Shown in pieces: positions 22,028 through 31,099 of a stretch of 64,000 nucleotides of DNA. The position numbers were made by a program, and so were the translations under genes. The stretch comes from an uncultured Acidobacteriota bacterium (GTDB taxonomy: Bacteria > Acidobacteriota > UBA6911), in contig CAWEJX010000021.1 of the NCBI GenBank assembly GCA_963809485.1, forward strand, positions 96,001 to 160,000, given 5' to 3'. The notes under the pieces are model-generated. The model saw only the letters and a program-made list of their open reading frames with translations, did no database searches and was not told the DNA's origin. Every line of letters starts with the position of its first letter. Within the stretch, counting starts at the first letter, position 1.

Positions 22028-22647
22028 GGGTTCACCTCGATCTCTTTCTCCGGCCCGGCAACGGCGCGGAATCCATTTCCGGCGAATGCCACAAGGTGTC
22101 TGGCGACATCTATTGAAAGCTTGGGAGGAGCCTCCGCAAGGATTTCAGACCGCACGGATAGCATATGCGCCATGGCGCCAAGGGTAAAATGGACTTTCCA
22201 GGCCAACTCCTCCCTGGACATCTCCGGCAGCGCCCGGCTCATGGCGGACAGGAACCGGTCCAGCATCGGCTGGAACTGCCGCCGCGCGATTTCGGGCATC
22301 AGTCCCTCCGCATGCACTCTTCCCAACAGTCTGATAAAGTCCGGGCTCTTTCCGGCCAGCATTATGGGCAGAATAAAAGCCTCGAGGATTTTTTCAATGC
22401 AGGCCGGCTGGGGAACTGCTTCCACTTCAAACTGTTCCAGCATCTCCAGACGGCGCTGGTTTATTGGTTCCGCCTTCCTCGAGACCACCTGATCCAGCAG
22501 GTTTTGTTTGGATCCAAAGTGATAGTGGATGGCTGCCAGATTGACGCCCGCCTTGGAAATGATGTGCCTTAGGGAGGTGGCGGAGTAGCCGTATTCTCCA
22601 AAAAGAAATTCCGCCGCATCCAAAATCCTCTCTCTTGTATTACTCAT
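22024..22647 (-). CDS. TetR/AcrR-family regulator
   Basis: TRERILDAAEFLF...TSLRHIISKAGVNLAAIHYHFGSK. Confidence 0.92.
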   Translation of the reverse strand: MSNTRERILDAAEFLFGEYGYSATSLRHIISKAGVNLAAIHYHFGSKQNLLDQVVSRKAEPINQRRLEMLEQFEVEAVPQPACIEKILEAFILPIMLAGKSPDFIRLLGRVHAEGLMPEIARRQFQPMLDRFLSAMSRALPEMSREELAWKVHFTLGAMAHMLSVRSEILAEAPPKLSIDVARHLVAFAGNGFRAVAGPEKEIEVNP

Positions 22648-22674
22648 ACGAATGACTTAATCATACGTTTGATT
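22642..22674. promoter_or_regulatory. Two tandem palindromes, candidate TetR operators overlapping the start codon
   Basis: AATCA-TACGTT-TGATT (22659-22674) and ACTCA-TACGAA-TGACT (22642-22657). Confidence 0.6.
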
Positions 22675-22697
22675 TAAAATCAACGGCTTTTTCAAGA

Positions 22698-22760
22698 GGG
22701 ACAGCCACCAGTGTCCGCGCATTTATAACTAATGGGAGCGGGGACAGTGGTGGCTGTCCC
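22698..22760. repeat. 19-bp inverted repeat, REP-like
   Basis: GGGACAGCCACCAGTGTCC ... GGACAGTGGTGGCTGTCCC, 1 mismatch. Confidence 0.7.
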
Positions 22761-22765
22761 CCTTT

Positions 22766-23230
22766 GTGTGTCGCTATGAATTTGTGATGCGATACTCCAG
22801 AGAGAACAACCTTCCGAAGGCAGCCGAATATGCACAACTCACGCGGCGGTCTGCCGGATTGGCGCAGAAACAGGACGAAAAGTCAGAGGAGCAGATTCGA
22901 AAAGTGCGCCGGGCCTGTCAGCACGTGATCGGCAGCAATCTGATGGAAAAGGGGAATTATGCCGAGGCGATTGCGGCCTTCAAAGAGGCTATCAAGGCCG
23001 AGAGGTATGCGGAAGGCTATTACAGAATCGGCGCATGCCTGGATCAACAGAAGCAGGTCGAGGATGCAATGCTTTACTACGCCATGGCCGAGCTGGTTGA
23101 CGGAGAGTCGGGATCCAAGGCAAAAGCCAGACTTGAAACTCTCTATAAGGTTCTCCACAACAACACACTGATCGGGATCGACAAGGTCTACCAAAAGGCA
23201 AAAGACGCTTTGGCCCAACCTTCCCTGTAG
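22766..23230 (+). CDS. TPR-repeat protein, probably 5'-truncated
   Basis: GNYAEAIAAFKEAIK...AEGYYRIG TPR pattern; no RBS; begins right after the inverted repeat. Confidence 0.55.
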   Translation: MCRYEFVMRYSRENNLPKAAEYAQLTRRSAGLAQKQDEKSEEQIRKVRRACQHVIGSNLMEKGNYAEAIAAFKEAIKAERYAEGYYRIGACLDQQKQVEDAMLYYAMAELVDGESGSKAKARLETLYKVLHNNTLIGIDKVYQKAKDALAQPSL

Positions 23231-23281
23231 CGTCGCATTCCAGGGGCGCAGCCTCAAACGGATCTGCCGTCAGCCTCCGGT

Positions 23282-23845
23282 TTATGTCTGTTTATCCAGA
23301 AGCACGGACACCGGGGCCGATTTTGCAATCGTGTTGAACACCGGCGAATATTTTATCCCGGTCCGGATCATCTCCTCTTTTTGCTCGTCGGAAACATCGG
23401 CGTCAATTTTGAAATAAACCCGGATGTCCTTGTACCCTTTTGGGACCTCTTCCGATATTCCAAGAAAGCCGCGGAGGTCTATATCTCCTTCATATCTGGA
23501 TTGTATTCCCCGGATTTTGATTCCTTTTGCAGAGGCGTGTGCGACCAGGCTTGTGGTAATGCATCCGGACAAGGCGACGAGAAGATACTCGACAGGATTG
23601 CTTCCCGCATTATTTCCCAGGAGTACCGGGGGTTCATCCATGTCGTAATCCACAGGCGCCCGGGAGTCGTCTTCCTTCAAGGCTCCGGAAAAATCCCTAA
23701 CCGTCGCCCGGCAATGTGTTCCGCCGATCCATCGGTTGGCCGCCCGGAACTGGAATTTGGCGACTTCGGGATTGAGTTTCACAGCTTCGATCACGCTGAA
23801 TAATTCGGTCACGTTCACCCCGTTGACAATTTTGCTTTCTGCCAT
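23282..23845 (-). CDS. OsmC-family protein (single-Cys SPV type)
   Basis: VNGVNV, DEPPVLLG, NPVEYLLVALSGC, EGDIDLRGFLG, YSPVFNTI; strong AGGAGAGG RBS. Confidence 0.88.
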   Translation of the reverse strand: MAESKIVNGVNVTELFSVIEAVKLNPEVAKFQFRAANRWIGGTHCRATVRDFSGALKEDDSRAPVDYDMDEPPVLLGNNAGSNPVEYLLVALSGCITTSLVAHASAKGIKIRGIQSRYEGDIDLRGFLGISEEVPKGYKDIRVYFKIDADVSDEQKEEMIRTGIKYSPVFNTIAKSAPVSVLLDKQT

Positions 23846-24009
23846 GTCGATCCTCTCCTTCCCAGGATAATTTCCTACAGGAAGTTAATCTCAAGGCTGT
23901 CCGAGGCGCAAATCGGCAGAAACACGCAATTCAAAGTAGGTAGTTATACGTACTATGATCACTGCCGGTCGCCGGCATTGAATCCTCTTACAAAACTCCG
24001 CATTTCCCC

Positions 24010-24319
24010 TAATTAGTTTCTGTCGCGAAACTCGGGTTTTGTGAAAAAGCCAAATTTTTCAACCGTCAATAGGATATTTGATATTACATAGAAGCCGATA
24101 ATTGGAGTCAGGCCGCGTAGCGGCCAGCTGAATTTAGCCAGGCCTTTTAAGGCCTGGAGCGAAAGGAGTTAAGTTTTCCGTCGCGTAGCGACGGCTGAAT
24201 CTCAGGCGTCGCTACGCGACGCGCTGCTCGCTGTACCATGGTTCCCGGCCTTGAAAGGCCGGGCTAAAATCATAGTGCCGCTACGCGGCACAAACCAGTT
24301 TCGCGACAGAAACTAATTA
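24010..24319. mobile_element. 310-bp MITE-like element with perfect 23-bp terminal inverted repeats enclosing a REP-like palindrome cluster
   Basis: TAATTAGTTTCTGTCGCGAAACT (24010-24032) and its exact reverse complement (24297-24319); internal GCCGCGTAGCGGC, GTCGCGTAGCGAC, GTCGCTACGCGAC, GCCGCTACGCGGC. Confidence 0.8.
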
Positions 24320-24862
24320 CATTTTGACCCGGCCCACAACGCTATTTTGATTTCATCGTTGCACGGATATTCCCTTACTGGTCGTCGTTCTTATGCTTCG
24401 GGTTGGTTGGATAGCAGCCTTTAGAGCTCAATACCGCTCGACATTGTCTGGCGGTTTATTCCATTACTGCAATTTATACAGTTCCCATGGAGATTTTCCG
24501 CTGTAACCGCTTTTGCCTTTTCTTTACTGGCTGGGACCAATTGCGTTTTGGATATCACGGCGCTTGTGTCGCGTGCCTGTAATTCCCGGCAGAGCCTTAT
24601 TCTCCTGGCTTATTGCAGAATACCTAGCGGCGCAGCTTTTTATCTTGCGAAAAGACGGAACGATAAAAAGTATTTGCTTTTTCCTCGTCCTTATTTATAT
24701 ATAGACATTCTAGGCATTCCCCCGGATTATCCAACATGTGGATTTAAGGGCAAGCAATTTTGAAGGTTGAATTCATCTTCGATTGAGCGCCATTTTAAGT
24801 TATCATTAAAGCTGTTTTTTGCGACCAGCGGAAGCGCTGAGAAAAATGACGAGGGTAGGCAA

Positions 24863-26311
24863 ATGAACTCTTTAAATATTGACAAATTAAGAGAAATTGT
24901 CGGCGATGAAAATATTCGGGACAACAAAGCCGACCTCTACGTTTATGGCTCCGATGCGTCCGTTCACGAAGCCATGCCGCAGCTAATCGTCCGTCCGCAA
25001 AACATCGAGCATGTCCAGGCGGTCATGCGCTACGCCAACAGTGAAAAGATCCCTGTGATCCCCCGCGGCTCCGGATCCGGCATGTGCGGGCAGGTTGTCC
25101 CCATTATGGGCGGCATCATCCTGGACATGAGGGCCATGAACCGCATCCTCGAAATCAATCCCCAGGATGGCTATTGCCGGGTGGAGCCGGGGGTGGTCGA
25201 TGACGACCTCAACCGAGCCCTCAAACCCTACGGTGTCTTTTATCCGCCGACACCCGCCTCCAGCGTAATTGCCACCATCGGCGGCGAGATCGCCAACAAT
25301 GCTTCCGGCGGACGCTCGGTCAAATACGGCGCCGCTCGCGACGCCATCCTCGCCGTAAAAGTAGTGATGGCCAATGGAGAATGCCTCTCCTTCGGATCCA
25401 CCACCCGCGTCTCCGCTTCCGGCTACCCTATTGAGCGCCTGATGGTCGGATCCGAAGGGACCCTTGCAGTGATCGTCGAGGCGACCATGCGTTTTGTGCC
25501 CATCCCCAAAATGCGCTGCCTGGGCATCGCCAAGTTCAATGTGTTGTCCGAGGCCGGCGATGCTATCGCGGACGTCATGGGCGGCGGCTGCCAGCCCTCG
25601 ATGCTCGAGCTCATCGACAAGATCGCCATCATCGCTGCCAATAAGGCCGCAAAACTCGGTCTGCCCGAGGTCGACGCGATCCTGCTTTTTGAAGCCGACG
25701 GCATGACTAAAGATGTTATTGATGTGGAAATGGCAAAGATTCTGGCCATCTGCGAGAAACACAACGGCTTTGGAATGGAAAGCAGCTACGACGAAAAGGA
25801 AAGAACACGGATCTGGGCAGCACGCGCCAAGCTCTTCCCCTCTCTCTCCAAGTATGATGAACGTCTTGCCTCCACCTCTCTGGCCGACGATATGGCCGTC
25901 CCGTTCTCCAAGATGGCGGCGACCGCCGACAAGATTCACGAAGTGGCCGATAAGCATGGCCTCGTCATGACAGCTTACGGCCATTGCGGCGCGGGCTGCA
26001 TGCACACCAAGATTTTGATGGACACCGACAAGGAATTCCAATGGGAAGCGGCGCGCAAGGCGGTGGCCGAAATCTACGATTTTGTCCGTTCGGTCGGCGG
26101 CACGACTTCCGCCGAACACGGCATCGGGTTGTCAAAAGCCGCGGCTTTCAAAAAGGAAAAAGCAGCCACCCTGGATCTGATGCGCGCGATCAAGAAAGTC
26201 TTTGACCCGAACAATATTCTGAATCCGGGCAAACTGATGGACGGCCCCGACGACTGGGTCGAAGCCACCAATCTACGATACCAATTACCAAAGCGGGAAT
26301 ACAATGACTGA
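24863..26311 (+). CDS. FAD-linked 2-hydroxyacid (D-lactate/glycolate) dehydrogenase, GlcD/LctD-like
   Basis: PRGSGSGMCG, ATIGGEIANNASG, VKYG, GSEGTL, GHCGAGCMH, SAEHGIG, FDPNNILNPGK. Confidence 0.9.
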   Translation: MNSLNIDKLREIVGDENIRDNKADLYVYGSDASVHEAMPQLIVRPQNIEHVQAVMRYANSEKIPVIPRGSGSGMCGQVVPIMGGIILDMRAMNRILEINPQDGYCRVEPGVVDDDLNRALKPYGVFYPPTPASSVIATIGGEIANNASGGRSVKYGAARDAILAVKVVMANGECLSFGSTTRVSASGYPIERLMVGSEGTLAVIVEATMRFVPIPKMRCLGIAKFNVLSEAGDAIADVMGGGCQPSMLELIDKIAIIAANKAAKLGLPEVDAILLFEADGMTKDVIDVEMAKILAICEKHNGFGMESSYDEKERTRIWAARAKLFPSLSKYDERLASTSLADDMAVPFSKMAATADKIHEVADKHGLVMTAYGHCGAGCMHTKILMDTDKEFQWEAARKAVAEIYDFVRSVGGTTSAEHGIGLSKAAAFKKEKAATLDLMRAIKKVFDPNNILNPGKLMDGPDDWVEATNLRYQLPKREYND

Positions 26312-27247
26312 ACTTAACCAGATTAGAAAAATGGAAAGGCGCCCTCAACAAGTGCATCCGGTGCGGCTACTGTTACGAACACTGCCCGATCTACAAGTCC
26401 ACCGGTGGGAAATCGACAGCCCTCGGGGCAAGCTGGTATTGCTGTATGGAATGCTCAGCGGAGAACTCGAGCCTTCCGATTATATCGCCAACAAGATTTT
26501 CGAATGTTTCCACTGCAACCGCTGCCAGAAGGCCTGCTCTTCGGGAGTGCCCATCCAGGACGTCTACAACGATGCCCGCGCTTTCTTCCTGGAATCCGGC
26601 TTCGACGTCGTCGGGACCACCTCGCAGACCGACCATGATGTCTGCGCCCGCTGCCTGAATTGCGTGCGCATGTGCAAACACGAAGCCCGGAGTTTTGTCG
26701 ACGGAAAAATCGTGACTGACCGGCTCAAGTGCCAGAGCTGCGGCAGTTGCCTGGATATCTGTCCGGAAAAGGGCGTCTACCATCCGCACCGGCTACGGCA
26801 CCAATCCAAACGAGCTCATCGATCAGGTCCAGTCCTATTTCACCGATCCGGACAATCCCGATGCCAAAGCGGTCGTGTTCACCTGCGGCTATTCGAGCTA
26901 TCCCGGTCTTCAGTCCTCCCGCTATGACAAATTCGAGATCAGCAAGGAATACAAGATACTGGTCACCGCCTGCAGCGGACGCCTGAAATCGACCACCGTG
27001 CTGGAATCCCTCGAACGCGGCGCCTGGGGCGTGCTGATCTGCTGCTGTCCCGAGGATGATTGCGAACACGGCGGAACCCCGAGGGTCAAGGCGCGCATGA
27101 AATCTCTGACCAGCACCCTGGAAGGATAGACATCAGACCCGAAACGCCTTCAGGTTGTCGAAGTCCCTCAGGGGAATCCCAAAAAGTTCACCGATTCCGC
27201 ACAAAGTCTTTATGGATGAAATCCGGGGCCTCGGTCCTATCGTGTAA
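26304..27247 (+). CDS. Fe-S fusion protein: GlcF/HdrC-like 2x[4Fe-4S], ferredoxin 2x[4Fe-4S], C-terminal MvhD/FlpD-like domain; several frameshifts
   Basis: Across frames: CIRCGYCYEHCP, SPRGKL, CFHCNRCQKAC, CARCLNCVRMC, CQSCGSCLDICP, then VFTCGY, ACSGRL, GVLICCCPEDDCEH and a tail ending MDEIRGLGPIV*. Confidence 0.78.
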
Positions 27248-27259
27248 GGGAGAGTAGCC

Positions 27260-28524
27260 ATGATCTTGCGTGTTCCGTACGGAAAAGACGGCAAGCTTGA
27301 GGCCGAAATTGACGAACAACGACTCGCCGGCATCATCGAGCCGAATGAGGTCAAGATCGGAGACGAAACCGAAGTGATTCGCCAGGCACTGGCCAATCCG
27401 ATCGGCTCCAAAAGCCTGAGCGATTTTTTGAAGGGTGCGCGGGATGTCCTGTTCATTGTCAACGACCCGACCCGGCCTACTCCGACCGCCCGCGTGCTGG
27501 ATATCATCGAAAAAGACATTTCCGGATATCCGATCAGTTTCATAATCGCCACGCGGAGTTCATCGGGCTCCGACTCCGGAAGAATACCTGCAGATCTTTT
27601 CCGAAAGATATTACGGCAAATATAAAGACCGCATCTTCGTCCACGACGGCCGGAAAGAGCGAAGTGGTGTACCTGGGCACTTCGAAAAACGGCACAGAGA
27701 TGGGATCAACGAGCGGGGCGTCGATGCGCACAAAATAGTGATCATCAGCTCCGTCGAGCCGCACTATTTTGCCGGCTACACCGGCGGACGTAAGTCTTTC
27801 CTGCCCGGGATCGCCTCCTATAAGACCATCGAGCAGAACCACAAGCTGGCGCTAAAACGTGAAGCGTGCGCGCTCAAGCTCGAGGGCAATCCGGTTCACG
27901 AGGACATGATCGACGCGCTCGGGACGGTCAAAAAGGAAATCTTTACCATCAACACCGTTCTCGACAAAAACCACCGCATCTATGCGGCGGTCGCCGGCGA
28001 CATCTACGAATCCGATGGATGAGGCGGTTGCCAAGGCCGACGAGGTGTTTGCGGCAAAGATCCCGCAGAAGGCGGATATTGTGGTTTCGGTCGTCAAATT
28101 TCCCTCGGATATCGATCTTTACCAGGCTCAGAAGGCAATCGACAACGCGAAGTATGCTCTCGAGACGGCGGCATCCTCATCCTGGTCGCCAAATGCCGGA
28201 GCGGCATCGGCGATGAGTCCTTCGTGAACCTGCTGAGTTCGGCGAGCTCGCCCAGGGATGCGCTGGACTCGCATCGAGCAGAAATTTGTGCTGGGATACC
28301 ACAAGGCAGCCAAAATGGCTGAAGTCGGCCTGTGGGCTCAGACCTGGGCCGTAACCGATCTCGATCCTCAATTGCTGAAAAAGATTTTTATCCGTCCCTT
28401 TTCATCTTTGCAGGCTGCCGTGGATGCTGCCCGGAAGGAAAAAGGCAAAGATGCAAAAGTACTGGTACTGCTGGACGGCAGTCTGACCATCCGCATGTTG
28501 CAGATTGAGCATTGGCACGTTTGA
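27260..28524 (+). CDS. larA: Nickel-pincer lactate racemase family protein; several frameshifts
   Basis: ALANPIGS, IVNDPTRPTP, EPHYFAGYTGGRKSFLPGIA, GNPVHEDM, DLYQAQKA, LGYHKA. Confidence 0.82.
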
Positions 28525-28590
28525 ACCTTGCACGCCCAAAAATCCGACGCGCGTTGCCTGGAAATGTGCAAAAAAGGTGGAGGAAATGAA

Positions 28591-29256
28591 ATGATTGTAG
28601 GCGATCAAAAACCGATTGAAGACATCCTCTCGTACCTCGACGACTACGAGCGTATCCTGCTGGCCGGTTGCCACGGCTGCGTGACCGTGTGCAGCGCCGG
28701 AGGCCAGAAGGAAGTGGACATACTGGCCAGCCTGATAGAAATGGCTGGAAAAAACGAGGTAAGCCATACAAGGTCACTAAGATCACCCTGGAGCGCCAGT
28801 GCGATCCGGAATTTCTGATCGAGCTGGTCGAAATGGCGAAAGAACACGATGTGATCTTATCGATGGCCTGTGGGGCCGGGGTCCAGTTGGTAGCCGAGAA
28901 GGCCGGTTCCGTGAAAGTCTTTCCGGCCTTGAATACCAACTTTATCGGTGTCATCGAGCAAAAAGGGCAGTGGGGTGAGCGCTGTCAGGCCTGCGGCGAC
29001 TGCAAACTCTACCTGACCGGCGGCATTTGCCCGGTCACCCGTTGCTCGAAGAGCTTGATGAACGGTCCCTGTGGAGGGTCTCGCAATGGTGTATGCGAAG
29101 TCAACGCCGCAGACGCCCTGCGGCTGGCAACTGATCATCGACCGGCTCGACGCGACGGGTTGTCTGGATCAGTACGAAACGATCCAGGACCCGGCGGATT
29201 GGTCGCGATCTCGCGACGGCGGTCCCCGCAAGCTGGTCCGGGAAGATCTGAAGTAG
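28591..29256 (+). CDS. metV: MetV, Cys-rich partner of methylene-THF reductase; two frameshifts
   Basis: MIVGDQKP, GCHGCVTVC..GG, ERQCD, ACGAGVQ, CQACGDC, CPVTRCSKSLMNGPCGG, CEV, PCGWQLI. Confidence 0.85.
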
Positions 29257-29272
29257 ACAGGGATAGCGAGGA

Positions 29273-30197
29273 ATGGCGATGAACGAGAATAAATCGAATC
29301 TGAAAACCGTATTAAAATCCGGAAATTTCGCCGTCACCGCCGAGGCCGGGCCGCCGCGTGGCGCCAGACCCGAAGTGATGCGCGAAAAAGCGAAAATCCT
29401 GAAAGGCTACGTCGATGCCTGCAACGTGACGGATAATCAGACCAGTGTGGTGCGCATGTGCAGCCTGGCAGCCTGCAAGATATTGCTCGAAGAAGGCCTC
29501 GATGCGGTGATGCAGATGGTCTGCCGCGACCGCAACCGAATCGCCGCGCAGAGCGATATACTGGGCGCCGCTGCCCTCGGAATCTCCAACCTGCTCTGCC
29601 TGTCCGGGGATCATCAGATATTCGGCGATCATCCCCAGGCCAAAAATGTCTTCGACATAGACTCGATTCAGCTTATGAAAATCGCCAGACAGATGCGCGA
29701 CGAGTCAAAATTCGCCGGCGGCAAGGACGTGGATGGACCGCCTGATTTGTTTATCGGCGCCGCTGCTAATCCCTTTGCCGATCCTTTCAAAATCCAGGTC
29801 CCCCGCCTGGCCAAAAAGGTCGCAGCCGGCGCTCAGTTCATCCAGACCCAGTGCGTTTTTAACGTGGAAAAGTTCATCGAATGGATGAAAGGGGTCCGGG
29901 AGCGGGGACTGCACGAGAAGACCTATCATCCTGGCCGGGATCACGCCGATCAAGAGCCTTCCCATGGTCGAGTATATGGCAACCAAGGTCGCCGGCATGG
30001 ACATTCCCGACGCGGTCATCGAGCGGATCAAAGGGGTAGAAAAGAAGAAGCAGAAGCAGGAGGGCATCAAGATAGCCGTGGAGACCATCCAGAGGCTGAA
30101 GGAGATCGAGGGCATCCGCGGAGTTCACATCATGGCCATCGAATGGGAAGATGCGGTGCCGGAAATAGTCCGGCAGGCCGGCCTGAAGCCGAAATAG
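29273..30197 (+). CDS. metF: 5,10-methylenetetrahydrofolate reductase; frameshift near 29925
   Basis: VTAEAGPPRG, NVTDNQ, QMVCRDRNRIA, LSGDH, KKVAAGAQFIQTQ, GVHIMAIEWE. Confidence 0.88.
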
Positions 30198-30233
30198 GGC
30201 CAGTCGCACGATCTGCGCCGATCAAGAGGGAAA

Positions 30234-30290
30234 GGCCACGGAATTCCACGGGTTATTGCTCATGAACCGTGTGAATCCGTGGCTTTTTTT
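30234..30290 (+). terminator. Probable intrinsic terminator after metF
   Basis: GCCACGGA...TCCGTGGC stem followed by TTTTTTT. Confidence 0.65.
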
Positions 30291-30456
30291 GATTTCAAAC
30301 ACAATCCATTCTGTGTAAATATCTTGGATGAAAGGTCGATTTTGAGCCGCCCCCGCGCTATTTGTTTTGAAAGTGAGGGTGAAGGATTGCTTGACTGAAG
30401 GCTCGGGACCTTTTTTAGCGGAAAAATTGCAGCATCCGGATATACATGGGACCAGG

Positions 30457-31080
30457 ATGAAGAATCGCTTGGCATTCCCCAAAATCCGTTTAGACCTGAC
30501 TCGCTGGCAGGCTTCCGGACGGCAATTCCTCGCCTACTCCCGGTTCCTTCTTCCCGCAAGTGTGCTGCTGGTGTTCCTGACCGTGCTAGCCGTCGGCTGG
30601 TTTACCCAGCCCGATTCATACGTGCGGGGCTATGCCCCCGAACAACCCATTCCTTATTCGCACGGGCTCCATGCGGGCACCCTGAGAATTCCCTGCCAGT
30701 ACTGTCATTCGGGGGCAGTCAAATCGCGCCAGGCCGGAATTCCAAGCGTGCAAAAATGCATGAACTGCCACAGTTTGACCAAAACGGACAGCCCGCACAT
30801 CAGGGAACTCGCTTCCCTGATTGCATCCGGTGAACCGATGAAATGGAAAAGGGTTCACAACCTGCCGGACTATGCATATTTTGATCACAGGCCCCATGTG
30901 ACCGCCGGCATTCTCTGTCAAACCTGTCATGGTGAAATTCAAACGATGGAGGTTGTGTCTCAGCAAATGTCCATGCGCATGGCAAACTGCCTGGGATGCC
31001 ATCGGGAGCCGAAGGATGCGCTGCCCGCGGATTCCGGCATCGGGCGTGGACCTGAGCACTGCAATTCCTGCCATCGATGA
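30457..31080 (+). CDS. actA: Alternative complex III pentaheme cytochrome c ActA
   Basis: GYAPEQPIPYSH; five CxxCH motifs (CQYCH, CMNCH, CQTCH, CLGCH, CNSCH); one TM helix. Confidence 0.9.
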   Translation: MKNRLAFPKIRLDLTRWQASGRQFLAYSRFLLPASVLLVFLTVLAVGWFTQPDSYVRGYAPEQPIPYSHGLHAGTLRIPCQYCHSGAVKSRQAGIPSVQKCMNCHSLTKTDSPHIRELASLIASGEPMKWKRVHNLPDYAYFDHRPHVTAGILCQTCHGEIQTMEVVSQQMSMRMANCLGCHREPKDALPADSGIGRGPEHCNSCHR

Positions 31081-31099
31081 GCCGAGAGGAACAAGCGCT

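Noticed and set aside
24112-24289. CRISPR array
   Set aside because: The repeats are inverted palindromes without regular unique spacers, and no cas genes are in the window.
24320-24862. SAM or THF riboswitch upstream of the metF-containing operon
   Set aside because: No recognisable conserved aptamer by eye; an Rfam scan would settle it.
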